Below, piece after piece: positions 1-16,190 of a stretch of DNA of 64,000 bases. This DNA is from the human T2T-CHM13v2.0 reference genome, Homo sapiens, in the NCBI RefSeq assembly GCF_009914755.1, contig NC_060938.1; one strand, 5' to 3'. Positions within the stretch are counted from its first letter, which is position 1. Every line of letters starts with the position of its first letter. The notes under the pieces are model-generated. The model was not told the DNA's origin. It was given only the letters and a program-made list of their open reading frames with translations, and ran no database searches. The translations under genes and the position numbers were made by a program.

Positions 1-2532
1 TAAGTACAAAATAGTAAGGATACCTGTCTTTATACAGAGAAGTTTCCATTTAACTGGTAGGCATTTCCAGAAACTAGACATGTTTTATTTATTTTTAAAA
101 CTAAAATGTATTTTTTTTTATTTTTATAAATATGCTATAAAAATAAACAAAATAAATAAGCCTATTTTATGTTTCCTTTTTCTACTACTCAAAATATTGC
201 TTCACAAAAGTGAGATGTCATTTTCCCAGAATTTTTTTTTTTTTTACATTTACCTATTTTTACACCTGATTTAGATTCCCTCTTCCAGGAGCTAAAACTG
301 GCTACCATGCAGATAATGTCAAAGGAGGAGGAATAAAATATAAGAGGTATCAATAGGAAGCTTGAATTTCCTGAGAGTGGAGAGTCATGAGATCTGCTCG
401 TCTTTCAATGTGTGCTTAAGATGCCATGCCTTTGAAGAGACAGGACACCAAGCGCAGGATAACATCCATTGTTTCACACCATGGAAATATAGCCTATTTT
501 AAGATAGCATCTACAGAATGCCCCAAAAGGAATTCCAGTGTTTTCTATTATTTATTTTAGTTTACCTCAACCTCCTTTTGGGATTGAAAGTTAGTGGTTC
601 CAGATCCCTAAATCTTCCTGAGGACTAAGGGTACATTTGTTATTTTTTTTTTTTGTCCTGTTTTCAGCCCTACTCCTCTGAAATAGCCTGAGTACACACG
701 TTTTTGCCTTGCTGAACTTTTTTCCTTTTACCTCCCATTTGCCCTCTCCAATTCAATTTCCTTAAAAAAATAAAATAAAATAAATGGGCTGTCAGAAACT
801 AAAGCTTTACACACTGGAGCCTCCCTGCATTCAGGAGGTAATGAGTGATTCTTTCACTTGTTCACTACACTCTAATCCTAATTTAAGGCAATTCATTTTA
901 TGATTTTATGTCTTGGTGATAGTATCTCATGAATAACAATGAAAGAATGAAAGAATATTCTATCACTGCAGACTCTCTTACAAAGTGGTGACATATAAAT
1001 GCAAAGATAATTGCCATTTAAAAATAAAGGTTCTTTTTTCTTTAAAGGCAATCAGTTGATACTAAAAACTAGTCAAAACATATGTTTTCCACTTCCTGCT
1101 TTAGTCTGATTAATACAGACAAGCTTTGACCCAAGGATACTATCACTTTGAGAGTGTCACTGATGTTTACAGTAAAAGTAACAAGAGTTCTACTTAAAAA
1201 TTGACACTATGCATTAGAAGCAAGAAGTTATCTAATAAAAGAAGATTGGTACATATGCAATTAGGGATTCAAGGATCAATTGTGCTTTTAATTACTTAGC
1301 ACATCAGGAACTTGATCTCAATAATCCAAACCATGTAGACAGATCTTGATTCTACGGCAAAAATGATCTGAGAAATTGGAATAATTAAAACTCACAGATA
1401 ATCCCAAACCGTTATGGCAACAATTCATTAAGATCTCCTTCCTTAGAGAAATGGTTTTATAAGAGCTACAAATCATTACAAAACTGGCTGGCTTATGTCT
1501 CCTCTCCTTTGATGATTCCACTGAAATCTCCGGGGAAGGCCATGCAAAGCAGTGAAATAGCCAAGTCAGGAAGGAAGAGAAAAGGGACAGAGCTTCAAGG
1601 AGAAGCCATAAAACTTCCAAATGCACTAGACTGTCAGTGGTGAGTGTGTCCTCGAGAATAGTTGAAAACAGGATTTGCATCATTCCACGTAAAACAGGAG
1701 TGAGTGAGTAACCTATGGGAGAAGGTGTGTGCTGATCCAGGTGGCAATCCCCAAGCTAGAATATGAATAATTTATAGTTTGGTAACTATGTAGAAAGACT
1801 ATGTTTTAGACATCATTTTTCCCTTATTTTCTGCCTCCCTTCTATTAGCCTCAGTAATACCAGCATACAAGACTCTTTGTTATATCCAAGTAAGAGAAAA
1901 TCGCAGTACTCTCAACTTTATCTTTCTCCTTTTTGTTATTTTTCACTGGCATACCCCCTGCCTTATCAGTCACAGCCTGGACTAAGCTCTTGTTACAGAC
2001 GACCTAACTTCTGATTCACCAAGTTCCTTGATTAAACAATATTTTATCCTCAAAACTTCATTTTACAAAACCTAGATACATGTCTGCCAGGTCTTCATGC
2101 CCTCATTTCAACAAGACTCTAGAAAACTCTAAGCAAGCTTTATCATTCTGTCTCACAGTCATCTATCAAAATCTATGTTTATGCATGCTCTTGACAGTAA
2201 TTTTCATCAGGATGTTGCAAACACATTTCCCAACATGAATAAAGGAAATCATACTCAGGAATGCCAAAGGAGCACAGTGACTTATAGACAATTGACCCAG
2301 GAGGGGTTTTCCTCTCTCAGAGGGATATCCTTTGGCCAAGGATGCAACATGGAGAAGGGGCATATGTAGAATATTAATAGAGAAAGAGGTTTAGGCCCAA
2401 CAACTAAAATAATCTGCCAAATTAACCTGGGCAACCAATACATAACAAATACAACAATACCATTGTTGATACTTTCTGAAATCAGGCAAAAAAATACTGC
2501 CTCTTTCTCTTTTCCCTCCTTCCCTTCCTTCT

Positions 2533-2895
2533 TGTCTTGCTTGACCCCTATTAACTTCCATATGGATGGCATCAGATTCAAGAGGTTGAAGAAGAGACCC
2601 GGAGCCAGAGAACAAATCAGAGTTCAATTGGGAGAACTTACTTACAGGGAGGTGCAACCGCAGTAGGCTGGACAGGAGAACAGCAACCGCTTCTGAAGAA
2701 GCATGCCATTTATATAGCAGTATCACTTAGCAACTCCCCTCAGCGATCTCCACATTGCAACCCTCATTTCTTAAGCTAAGTCAGGTGTGTCTGCCATAAG
2801 GTCATCATTAAGTTACTGCTGTCAGGTGTGTCCATCATACAGGGTCCTTCTCAAGGTTTACTTAATTTATTGCTGTCAGGTGAATCTGCCATACA
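2533..2895 (-). mobile_element. Solo LTR, LTR47/MER72-like
   Basis: Reverse complement starts TGTATGGCAGATTCACCTGACAGCAATAAATTAAG and ends GGGTCTCTTCTTCAACCTCTTGAATCTGATGCCATCC...GCAAGACA. It has TG..CA termini and a threefold internal CACCTGAC motif. Family from recalled consensus. Confidence 0.6.
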
Positions 2896-2939
2896 CTTTC
2901 TTTTTTTCTTGGTTCTTTCCCTCCTTCCTTCACTATCAC

Positions 2940-3420
2940 TTCTTGAGCACGATTCCAGATACTCTAAGAGGTACTGATAAAATGGTGAGGGAGATAGACT
3001 CAGGCCTTGACCTGAAGCTTACAGTCCAATAGGAAAGTTGCACAAATTAAAAAGTTCAAAAAACAAAACCAAACTTAACAGGGTAAAAAAAATTGGTGCA
3101 TCCACCCAGCAGTTGTCAATTGTAATTAATTTAGTCTAGGGTTTCTATCAGAGTCAGAGGAAGGCTAAGGAAGTAACTTTCGAAGTGAGACCTAAAGGAT
3201 GAAGAATTAACCAAATAGCACAGTAGAGAGGAGATGAGAAAGTAGGCAGTAGAAGCCTTTCAGGTAGAGAATAATAGAAGTAGAGAGGAAGCCTCAGAGA
3301 GCATGAGAACTGCAAGGAACAGAAATGAGGCCAGTTAGGCTGGAGCGGAGGATGCAAAGGGAGAAAACAGAGAGTGATAAGAATACAAACGTAGGCAGGA
3401 ACCAGAGCATAAATATTCTT
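2940..3420 (-). mobile_element. L2 LINE fragments (degraded)
   Basis: L2 antisense-like phrases (AAGCTTACAGTCCAATAGG; GTGAGACCTAAAGGATGAAG). Boundaries approximate. Confidence 0.5.
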
Positions 3421-3529
3421 GTGAGCTAGGTGCTCATGGTGCAAAATCCCAGGCTCTAAAATTCAGACATGAAAGCATCTATCTCCATTTTACCTTAACT
3501 CAACATATTTTTAATTATGAGTATTATGA

Positions 3530-3918
3530 TAAAGATCGGTTAGCTGTTTACCAAATCCATTTCCCATTCCTCCTAGACATGTGAGTAGACAAGGTTTGCC
3601 AATCTGTCTTGCTATTAGTTATGGCATGAGTCTGAGTTCTGACCAGTGGAATGAAAGATGATAACATATGCATCTTCTAGGCCTGGCCCATAAAAACCTC
3701 CAGTGTAGTCCTCGCTATCTTCCACTATCTCTTCCACTATCAGTCAGTGGGATATTGATGTCCAAGGTGACCTTGGAAACCATGTGGAAAAGAGCATTGC
3801 TACCCCATTACTGTATGCACATGCATGCACACAACCACACTGAACAGGTGTTATAAGGATGATGTTTCTATTGTGCTAAGCATTTGAGATTTTCGTGTTT
3901 ATCTATTATGCCAGCAAA
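3530..3918 (+). mobile_element. MaLR LTR, old MLT1 (H/I/J-like)
   Basis: GAGTTCTGACCAGTGGAATG...TCTAGGCCTGGCCCATAAAAACCTCC and a 3' end TTCTATTGTGCTAAGC..TTGAGATTT typical of MLT1. Confidence 0.6.
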
Positions 3919-3934
3919 TCTTAAAATATGGTTT

Positions 3935-4086
3935 CAGGAGTAGCAGCATCAGCATCACCTTGTAAGAAATGCAAATTCGTGAGTCCCAGCCCAGAACTAG
4001 AGAATCAGAAACTTTGGAGGTGTGGCCAGCAGTCTGTGATGTATCAAGCCCTCCAGGCGATCCTGATACTGGTTAAATTTATGAAC
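3935..4086. mobile_element. MER5A hAT-Charlie DNA transposon
   Basis: AGCAGCATCAGCATCACC...AGAAATGCAAATT...GAATCAGAAACT...AAGCCCTCCAGGCGATCCTGAT matches the MER5A core. Confidence 0.75.
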
Positions 4087-4809
4087 ATTCTATTACATCA
4101 TTTCACATTACCTTAATCCACTCAATCCATAATAAAAGTAAAGTGTAATTAATTCAGGAGAGTTGCAACCAATTCAGTGTTTCCTTAGTCAATTCAACCC
4201 ATGTACAGTGCTAATGCATAAGATTGGGTCCATCTGACCCTTAGTTATTTTACTCACCTGTGTGATCTTTACGATTTCTTTTTCTTTTCTTGACAGGCTT
4301 TGGTTGTTTCTCTGTGAAGATTTGTCTTCCTTATGTCAACTTATAAGCTTCTTCATGTTGGGCCTCCAGCTACTTTTGCATCTTTCTTTACACACAAGAC
4401 CTGAATGCTCCCTTCAGGAAAACCTAAATTCTCATGCAGTTGTCTCTGCTCTAATGTTTTCTGCTGTAGGTGAGCTCTTTGTTTTCCAACTCCTCAGACT
4501 CTCCCTGGGTTGTTAGGTACAGGTGTCCCATATTCTAAGATCCTCCTCCCAAACCTGCCTGAGTTTTACGCTGCTCTTTAACCAACTCACCTAGTACAGA
4601 GGCAGGAGTAGGACTGTCTTAGAAACAAATAACACAATATTCCAATGAGATAATATATGGCCAGTTTTTAAAAACTATCTCAGTGAATTCCTTTTCTCTG
4701 GCCTATTATGAAGCAAGGAAAACTGACTCTTCAATTGCTGATATTTTCATGTTTTGCTAAATCTATTCTTTATGGCATAAAATTTGTGTTTTAGTTTTTA
4801 TGAAGTCAA

Positions 4810-5570
<761 letters not shown>

Positions 5571-7129
5571 TACAAGGTGAGGATAAACAAAATTTGGGAG
5601 TTATCCTTGCGGGGTAGGCAGAAGGGTGAGATAGAAGAAGAGCATGTAAGTAGATGCAAGTTATTGGTAAAGCTCTTGTTCTTGGATGGTATGCTGAGTT
5701 TGTGGGTGCTCCCTACATTATTAAAAATGAAACAAAATAAATAAGGGCTTTGTAGGAGCCAATGAAAGGGGGTTTCATGAGCCAAGGGTCAGAACTCATT
5801 TAATGACGAGCATGCAGGGTCCATAGGAGAAAAAATAATAATAATCCTTTGGCTTTTGTAAGTCATAAGCTCTTTTTTTGCTGAGACCGGTAAGATTTTA
5901 AATTACATTAATTATTACAATTATTATCATTATTATTATTTGCTTCTCTGTGGCAACTTTTCTCTCCTAAGGCATTGAATGGATTCCATGAGGTGAAAAA
6001 AAAACCATTGCTGGCAGCAAAACAAGCATTTGGCTGGCATATGAAAAAACTATTAATAATAAGATGTGTAGATGTACACTTTTAAGGGCTTTTCATTTAA
6101 ACAGAATTATGGGGTCTTCATGAGTTATATAGAATATTAACAAATTAACATATCCTACATTTTCAGAAAGTCTGAGATAGGTCAGTTTGCATGATTAGCT
6201 ACTTTCTAGTCATTTATCTTGAGACAAAGCAGTTGTTCCCATTTATTATTTGTGAAATGTGGTTTATGTACTATTTGCTTAACTTCCTCACAGACATGCA
6301 AAGAAAAAGATTTTCATTTTTTCAAACAAAGATGATGCATTGTGAAAAGTATCTGTGAAAGAAAAACCTGATACCTAACCATTTCACCCACAAATAAATA
6401 TTCTTTGATAATACAGTGTCTGGGTTAATTTTTTTTCCCCCAATCCAAAGTGTCATTTGTGGGTCCCATTGTAGCTTTTAACAACATGAAACACATTCTT
6501 AAACTGTAACTTAGTGCTTCTAATGAAGGACACTTTCTTTTTTTGTGTGTTTTTGAAACATGATAGCAATTTAATATTAATTCTTCAATTTGGAAAATAT
6601 TGGAAATATTCTAGAAATATAAACAGAGGAAATAGAGATAAACAGAAGAAACACTATCATATCATAAACTCCTGACAACCATTAGGCAATAAACACAGTT
6701 TTGAGAACATACAATTAAAAGATTATCCTCACTGGTAAAGGCCTGACTTCGTTCAAATTATGAAAGAGGATTTCAGAAAAGCTGCTCTTAAGTAAACTTA
6801 CACACAAAAAGAAACAATAGGAAGGCCCCAAATAGATTTTTTAAAGGAAATGTTACTTAGATATATTTTAGCTAGTTTGCTTTAAATGAAGGCCCCAATT
6901 TGTGCTCTGTAGGATATTGTTTATTTTAAAATATATATAATTTTAGTAATAAGTTCTTTATGTGAAAAAAATGTACCTATAGCTATGAATTACTATAATT
7001 AAATTGAACATCCAATTGCTTGTATCATTATTTATAATATTAAAGAAAGTAGACACAATATTCAATAGGGAATTATTTAAATTATGTTATATCATTAAAA
7101 TTCAACTAAAATAAAAATAATTATTAGCC

Positions 7130-7470
7130 TTTGCAGTACTGTTTCAATCATTTTGCGGATATTAAAATACATGTTTATCACAATTGTAACTATATGAGCA
7201 TTTTATTATTGCCCTGTTGCTGTGTTGGGAGAGCAAGCAGTATTTTTCTATATTTCCGAATTTTTTATAGAAATTACAACCACCATGATAAGCATCCTTG
7301 TGGGAAAAACCTTTGTTCATATTCATCGTTGCCTTACAACTAATTCCTATAAATAGATTTGTTAAATTAAAGAACATTTTCAAGACTTCTTACCTAGTGC
7401 CAATTGCCATCTGGAAGTTTGTACAAACGTACATTCCTGCCAGTAGTAAATAAGGATGCCCCCATTGTTA
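7130..7470 (-). mobile_element. Old L1ME fragment
   Basis: CCAATTGCCATCTGGAAGTTTGTACAAACGTACATTCCTGCCAGTAGT...GGATGCCC is typical antisense L1M 3' ORF2/UTR. Confidence 0.5.
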
Positions 7471-8189
7471 TTGTGAAGAAAGAATGGTGGAACAAGCCAT
7501 CAATATTTGAGCCTCCTTTTCCCAAATGCGATTCTCAAATAGCATCATTTTTTTGGTGAAGGAATTGAAAAAAAAAAGCATTAAGTCATGTGCTGCTGCT
7601 TCTAAGCATGGTAGCAAGTGCACTTGGAAATTGCCCAGTGTTTTCTCTGATTGAGAAGCTTTGTATAGATCCTTGGGAGACATAATCCCTACAAGTTTAT
7701 GTAGTCAAGGTAAAGCTAGTTCTGGCAGCTCCGGGTGAGATCACTCTGCAATTACTACCCCTTGAAGACCACTTCTACTCTCTGTGGGCCACCCAAAGTA
7801 ATTTGTGTCTGGATTTTTCTCACTTTTGAGAATCGTCCTTACTTTCATTCAGTTTCATTTGTCCAGATTTCCCATGCTAATAATTAAACACCATGAAATT
7901 TTAACCAAGTCATTAGCTAAGTTTTTTAATGAACTATAGCACTTTATGAATTTAATAAATCACTTTTCATCTTGTCATTCAGTAAATTTTAGGAAAATGA
8001 GAGAATACATTCTTATTCAAAATAAGAGGTTCACTTTCATTTTTATTTTATTTTTTGTTTCATTGTAAACTGCAACACTTATCTGTGCCTTGGGCATCAT
8101 TGGTTGGAATTTTCTACAACTGAAACACATTGATATGTTATAAAAAAGATGTAATGAATTCTGGAACTAGAACATCTGAACCTAATTTT

Positions 8190-8310
8190 TTTTTTAATAA
8201 TGCTGTAGTTTCTTCATCTAATGGGAGGACACTAATAGTAACTGCCACATAGGGTTTTATGAGTTTAAATAAGATAATATTTGTAAAACATTTAACAAAT
8301 ATGAATGTAT
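8190..8310 (+). mobile_element. MIR fragment
   Basis: GTTTCTTCATCTAATGGG..TAATAGTA...CATAGGGTT..TGAG.TTAAATAAGATAAT is the MIR core. Confidence 0.65.
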
Positions 8311-8394
8311 CACTAAGTATATGCCAGACACTACTTCACTTGTTGTCATCACCATCATCATTAACAAACTCATTGTGGGAAACCTTCTCAATAA

Positions 8395-8505
8395 GTAGTT
8401 CTCAAACACCAGTGAGTGATTTTAAATGAAAATTCTTGGGTCTCCATTTCCAAAAATTCTGACTCAGTATGTAAAAGGTGGGGCCTGGGTGATTCTGATG
8501 TAATT
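8395..8505. mobile_element. MER5-family fragment
   Basis: AGTAGTTCTCAAAC...ATTCTGACTCAGTA...GGTGGGGCCTGGGTGATTCTGATG. Confidence 0.55.
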
Positions 8506-8844
8506 GGTCAAATGAGGGCATTTTGAATAATTCAGAACTTCTGACTTATTTACGAGTCAAGGTAGATAATTTAACTCTCCTATTATTTGTTTTCAGTCCA
8601 ATAACACAGAAGAGGAAACAATTAGAAAAATACTGTTTCAAAAAGGCAGTTCGTTTCTAAATTGGTTATCCCATGTTAAGATGTGAACAGCTATTGATAA
8701 TCTACCAAAGTGTACATGTCTTTGGTGCATATAGAGTCCTCTTCTTTTCTCTCCTGATGCTTTCCTTCCGGGAAATTTAATTGTTCCACTTAAATGGACT
8801 GGAACAGAAAGAAGAGGAGATCCAAAGCAGTTTATCGTCACCAG

Positions 8845-8990
8845 TGCAGTGGTCAAAACATGAATATTGATGCTGCATGGCCTAGAAACATATTGTGGTT
8901 TAATCACTTAACTCCTCTGTGCCTACATTCTTACCTGTAAAATAAGAAACTAATAATACCTAACTTAAAGCATTGTTGTGAAAATGAAGT
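8845..8990 (+). mobile_element. MIR fragment
   Basis: TCACTTAACTCCTCTGTGCCT...CCTGTAAAATAAGAAACTAATAATACCTA...TTGTTGTGA. Confidence 0.6.
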
Positions 8991-9654
8991 AATCGGAATT
9001 TGAAATGGTATGACTAAAATTAAAGTGCATTTTAATTAATCATCTTTGTCCAGCTGTCTTCCTCCCCAAAAAGTGGTCAGTCATTGATCAAACAATGTGT
9101 CCTATTTCCTCCTCTTGCCAGCCAAAGATGCTGCATCGGATAGAGAATACACATTATAAAAGGAAACATGGAACACTGGTCAAGCAAAATGTATTTCTCT
9201 GCCTGCAATTTCCCTTCTCTACTCCAGATATTAAAAACTAATTCTCTCAGTTATTCATTGCTGGCAGAGATGATTAATTTAACCTTTATAGATAAAGTAA
9301 TATGTTTGGATGAAAGGAGCAAATACTCTGCTGAGTCTAATTGCAAGGCACCTTCGGGTGAATAATTCATTGTGTACAGTATAATGATATCATAGATGGT
9401 TAGCCAAGAACAAACATCAATTGTATAAAGGAATTAAACTAAACTGAGTCCATTTGGCAGTGAAAAATAGATAGAGCCCTTATCACCAATATGGATCTTG
9501 TTTTGGTAAATCTTACCATGGTCTGAGATTTCATTTTTACCAATTTCTAATAACCTGTCATGTGTGCCTTCACTTCACATACAGATTCTCCACTTAGGTA
9601 AAAAACGTTAGAGTAACTCTGGTGATTAGAAATGTGTGAGAGTAAGAGAGACAT

Positions 9655-9825
9655 TGGTAAAATCCCACACTGCTACTAAGCTTGGAGGCCTTGGGCATGC
9701 GACTTAACCTCCACAAGCTTTCCATTTCTCACCCAAAAAATGAGGAAACAAAACATCAGGTTGTTGTGAAAATATGAGACTTACTTAAAACTTCACGTAA
9801 TACATTGCTGGGTTTATAGTAAATA
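9655..9825 (+). mobile_element. MIR fragment
   Basis: CCTTGGGCATGCGACTTAACCTC...TTTCTCACCC.AAAATGAGG...GGTTGTTGTGA. Confidence 0.6.
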
Positions 9826-11650
9826 CTTGATCGGAAAGAAATATGGGGACATATTATATGTGAACATGTATAAACATACATATAAATACATACACACATT
9901 CTGAAAAATATTTCTACTCATCCTTCTATATTCTACCTATCTTTATTTTTACCACCCAGCCCTGTTCATTTCTGTCTTTTTTCAAGGTATTTTTCCCCTT
10001 TCCTCTGCACATTTTATAATCCTCATCAACAAATACAAAAAGAAAACAGATGGAAAGATTCTTTTTCTCATTAGTAGTTAAAAATGCAAATTATAGCATC
10101 CTGGAAACTAGGATTAAAAAAAAATAAGCTGATGTGGCTAAGATAAACCAGTTTCTTCCTATCACTACTGCCAAACTGATGCAATCTTTTTGTAAATCTA
10201 TATTTCAAAAGTAAGAGCATAAATGTGTCCATAGCCAGCACCCCTTCTTTAAAAGTTATCTCAAAGAAACAATCCACCTAAAGTGGAATTATTGTGACAC
10301 AACTAATATTTGCATGGATAAATCTAAAATTGCAAAAATTTTTTTAAAAGAGCCCAAATGGAAGGTTGTATAATTTGACGTAACCAATGAAATGTTATAC
10401 AGTTATTAAAAGTGGTAATAAAATGCATAAAAAAAACCTAAAAACATTTGATAATGTAAACATAAATAAATTGTATATTATGATTGTGACTATTTGGATG
10501 TGTATATGTAGAAGTTAAAGCAAAATTAGAGCTTTCAGAGAGGTGAAAATATGAGCAATTTTTGCAATCACAATTTTTTGAACTTTTTTTATTTTGGCTT
10601 TTTCTTTACTGAAAAATGAAGATTTAACTCTGATATACTCTGCAAAGGCTTCCCAATATACGCAAATTATATGCATTTTCTTCCCTTTTTTAAAAATAGT
10701 ACAATACCATTTCGTTTTAGTGCTTATTCTAGACCTTACATTATATTGGCTTTATCACTCCCTACTTCTCTCATGTTAATCTCTTCCCAGAAAGACTCTG
10801 AACCCTTTAAAGATAAAGGCTGGGTAATTTCCATTTAAAAAACACATCACAATATCTAAGCCAGAACCATAAAGTGTAAGTATGTTTTTAAACTTTATGT
10901 CTGAATCCCTAAGGACCGGATGGAGGTAGGTGATACCTTCACCCTACCCGACAAAATTGGGGTTGACACTGAATGCAGCTATATTACCTGGTAGTAAAAA
11001 TAGCACAGCAGTTTTGCACCTCTGAAACCCTACCCTATGTGAACGGGAATGGACTGAGGGCGAGGGTAAGAAAAAAGAAATGAATAAATGGATATGTAAT
11101 GAGGAAAATCCAATCATGGCTTCAACACTTTAAAAGAGGCTCAGAGCAAGAGATAATAGTGTGCCTTAGATTAATTGTATCAGATGCCCTTTAAAGGGTA
11201 AAGTTGTATGTTTGCTGAGACCACTTTTGCTTTCACATCCTGACAAGATGCAATGGAAGTCTGCAAACCTGAGTGGCTTCACCCTGAGAAATATTTTTAT
11301 AAGATATAGATATATAATTATGGACTTAGACTAATTGACAGTGGGATTCTAGTAACGTGGCAGTATCTTTTGAGTTGTATATCCTTTTGATATAAAGGAT
11401 CCATCTTCAAAGACTGGGAATGAACTGTGCTATTATAAGCTGTAATAACATATATATATGTGGTCTTCCTCCCCATTTCCAGGCATGGAGTTCGTAGATC
11501 CTTTAGTGTTACAGGGAATTGGCAACAAACGTGAATGAATCACAAAAGTGTTAGCAAGTTACTTAAATAAAATTGATTTTATCAACTTTAGAAGTGGTTA
11601 ACCAAACCAAAATGTTTGTTAGGCATCTTCATACAGTTTCTAGTAAGCAC

Positions 11651-12450
11651 TGTGAATCCCAACTATCTGAGACAGGTCTCAGTTAATTTTTTTTTTTTTT
11701 TTTGAGACAGAGTCTTGCTCTGTTGCTCTGTCGCCAGCCTGGAGTGCAGTGGTGCGATGTCGGCTACCTTGGCTCATTGCAACCTCCGCCTCCCGGGGTT
11801 CGAACGATTCTGCTGCCTCAGTCTCCCGAGCAGCTGGGAGTACAGGTGCGTGCCACGATGCCCAGCTATTTTTTTGTACTTTTAGTAGAGACGGGGTTTC
11901 ACTGTGTAGCCAGGATGGTCTTGATCTCCTGACCTCGTGATCCACCTGCCTCGGCCTCCCAAAGTGCTGGGATTACAGGCGTGAGCCACTGCGCCCGGCG
12001 GTCTCAGTTAATTTAGAAAGTGTATTTTGCCAAGGTTAAGGATGCACACCCATGACCATGATAGAGCCTCAGGAGGTCCTGATGACATAGGCCCAAGGTG
12101 GTCAGAGCACAGTTTGATCTTATACATTTTGAGGACTCATGAGATATCAATCAACATATGTAAGATGAACATTGGTTTGGTCCGGAAAGGCAAGACAACT
12201 CAAAGCAAAGCTGGGACAACTTTTTTGGGAAGCAGGGAAGGGGCTTCCAGGTCAAAGGTAGATAAGACTAGATAAGAGCCAAATGGGTGCATTCTTTTAC
12301 CTTCTGATTAACCTCTCCAAAGGAGGCAATCAGATATGCACGGATGACTTTGAATAGAATGTTAGGCAGGTTTGCCCTGAGCCGTTCCCAGCTTGACTTT
12401 TCCCTTTAGCTTAGTGATTTTGGAACCTCAATGTTTATTTTCCTTTCACA
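11651..12450 (-). mobile_element. MER4A1-like ERV1 LTR (3' LTR), split by an Alu
   Basis: TGTGAATCCC..ATCTGAGACAGGTCTCAGTTAATTT[Alu]AGAAAG..TATTTTGCCAAGGTT...AGCCTCAGGAGGTCCTGA...TTTATTTTCCTTTCACA, with TG..CA termini. Confidence 0.8.
11690..12000 (-). mobile_element. AluSc-like element with TSD
   Basis: Full dimer with CAGGATGGTCTTGATCTCCTGACCTCGTG and the TCGCCAG.CTGG single-base deletion. Perfect 14-bp TSD GTCTCAGTTAATTT at 11676-11689 and 12001-12014. Confidence 0.9.
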
Positions 12451-12570
12451 TTTCTCCCCTTTTCTTTGTTAAAATCTTTTGGAGAAAGCATTTTAGAGGA
12501 AAATGAGTCTCTGGTCTCAGGTTTCATCTGATCTCTGATGGCTAAGATGGTTTATTCCTAGACAGGTAGT
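12451..12570 (-). mobile_element. MER4-group internal 3' end with polypurine tract
   Basis: TTTCTCCCCTTTT directly abuts the LTR (reverse complement AAAAGGGGAGAAA = PPT), followed by MER4-int-like AGAGGAAAATGAGTCTCTGGTCTCAGG. Confidence 0.6.
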
Positions 12571-13259
12571 TATGCCTGTTTCCATGGTATCTGTGCATAT
12601 GTGCTGGCAGATGCTAGAGTGACTGCAAAGGTGAAGTTTCTAGAGGGAGGTGGGCACTCTGCAGTGTCTCACTGTGGGAAGATACTTGTTTAATAAGGAC
12701 AAGGGCATGAAGATTCAGTGACTGGGGAGGGTAGATGTATGTATGTGGATGCAGGGAATGAAGTCAAGGTCGGAAAACTCTCAGATATGGCAGAGGAATA
12801 TTTTTCTCTGTTTACTTTATAAAGCAATATAATTTGCCAAAGTGATATATGTTGATTTTTTTTAAAGTATGTTCCTATGTAATGAAGTTAAAACCTCCCT
12901 CATCCTCCATTTTTCCATCTCTCAGGTTTATCCAATCAAACCTCTGAATCATGAGAACTAATAAATATTGTTTTGAGTAAGTTTTGGGGTAGTTTATTGT
13001 GCAGTAAAAGTTAACTCATAGAGACAGGTATCTTGCAATGCAAAAATATAAATATATGAACATAAATATACAAAAACCACTCTTGTTTATAATCACCTGA
13101 ATAGTATATGATTATATTCTTTGAAACTCCAGCCCTGCACACAAGGTGAAAGAATCCTTTAATCAGAAGCCCACCATCCTGGTCTCGTAGATGCTGTCAT
13201 GACTGAGTGTGCATCCTTCTGGATTTCTGCCAGCTTTTTGAATTAGAAAACAGAAATTT

Positions 13260-14760
<1,501 letters not shown>

Positions 14761-14767
14761 TAGCTAG

Positions 14768-15062
<295 letters not shown>

Positions 15063-15364
15063 TTTTTCTAGCTTTAATAACACATAAATATATACTCCTT
15101 TCTCCCTGATAATCTAAGATTTGAAAATGATATCTTGAGATTAAGGTGCTATTTCTATGCTTGTGTCTGTGTTTTGTTCTGCCAATGGCTTACATTTATT
15201 AAGTTCAGGTAAAATCTTCTTATTTATCTTATGCCCATCTTTCTGCTGTTGGCTCCCCTGAGTAACTTCTGTTTGCATCTTCTAAAATAGGTGTTGAAAT
15301 TTCTAATTCTTTCTCCAATGCCTCTCACTTTCTCTTAAATTTTTCTCAGCTTTTTTAGATAATA

Positions 15365-16190
15365 GTTAATAATAGTAGCTAGTGTTTATATAGTTCCTTA
15401 TACACACACACTATTCCCAGTGCTTTACACATAGAAACTCAATTTAATCTCCATTACTACCCACTCCTGACTGAATATGATAGGATTGATTCAAGAAAAC
15501 AAAACTATACTAGATATTTCAACAAAGAGAGCTAACGTAGGGAATTGGCTAAGTATTGAAGAAACAAAATGAGAACACTGAAGTAATCTAGAAGCACATA
15601 GAAGTAATAAAGCAGCTACTACTCCCATGTCTAGGGGAACCAAAGGAAGATTATTCGAATCTAGAAACTCCATAGAGTGGGAGTGCAGAACTCAGAACAA
15701 GGGATGCCACTCTAGGTAACACAGTGAAAGGAGGAGTCTCTTGGAAATGAGGCAGAGCCCATTGTGCTGACACTGGTGAGGGAATGTGCAGAGGCCTGTT
15801 CAGGGAGGCTAAAAGATAGAAACTAGAACCAACCGCTGCTGCCAGAATTGCTTCCTGCTGTTAGGACAATGGTGACAGAAACAACAGCAAATTAAAAGAT
15901 TCGGTCCATCCCTCCTACCCCTTAGGAGCACAACCCCTTAGTTGTGCTTTTGTGCCCTCTATTTTAGCATGACTTTACAGGAAACCAGTGGAAAAGGAGA
16001 AACTAGCCCCTGCTTTACAAACAAGAATATTAGAAGGTATGTTTGGAGCTCAGAGAAAATAGATTAATAATAAACACAAAACAGTGAAATTTTTTTTTCA
16101 ATGTTACACAGCTAGTAATTCAGATACAGTATTTGAATCCAGGCGGTCTGTTTGCAGAATCCTTTCTCTTAACCACTACTCAATGCTTCC
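15365..16190 (-). mobile_element. MIR split by an ancient LTR (LTR41/LTR79-like, ~15478-16078)
   Basis: MIR antisense halves at 15365-15455 and 16085-16190. The reverse complement of the inner element starts TGTGTTTATTATTAATCTATTTTCTCTGAGCTCCAAACATACCTTC, resembling old LTR41-type LTRs. Confidence 0.5.
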
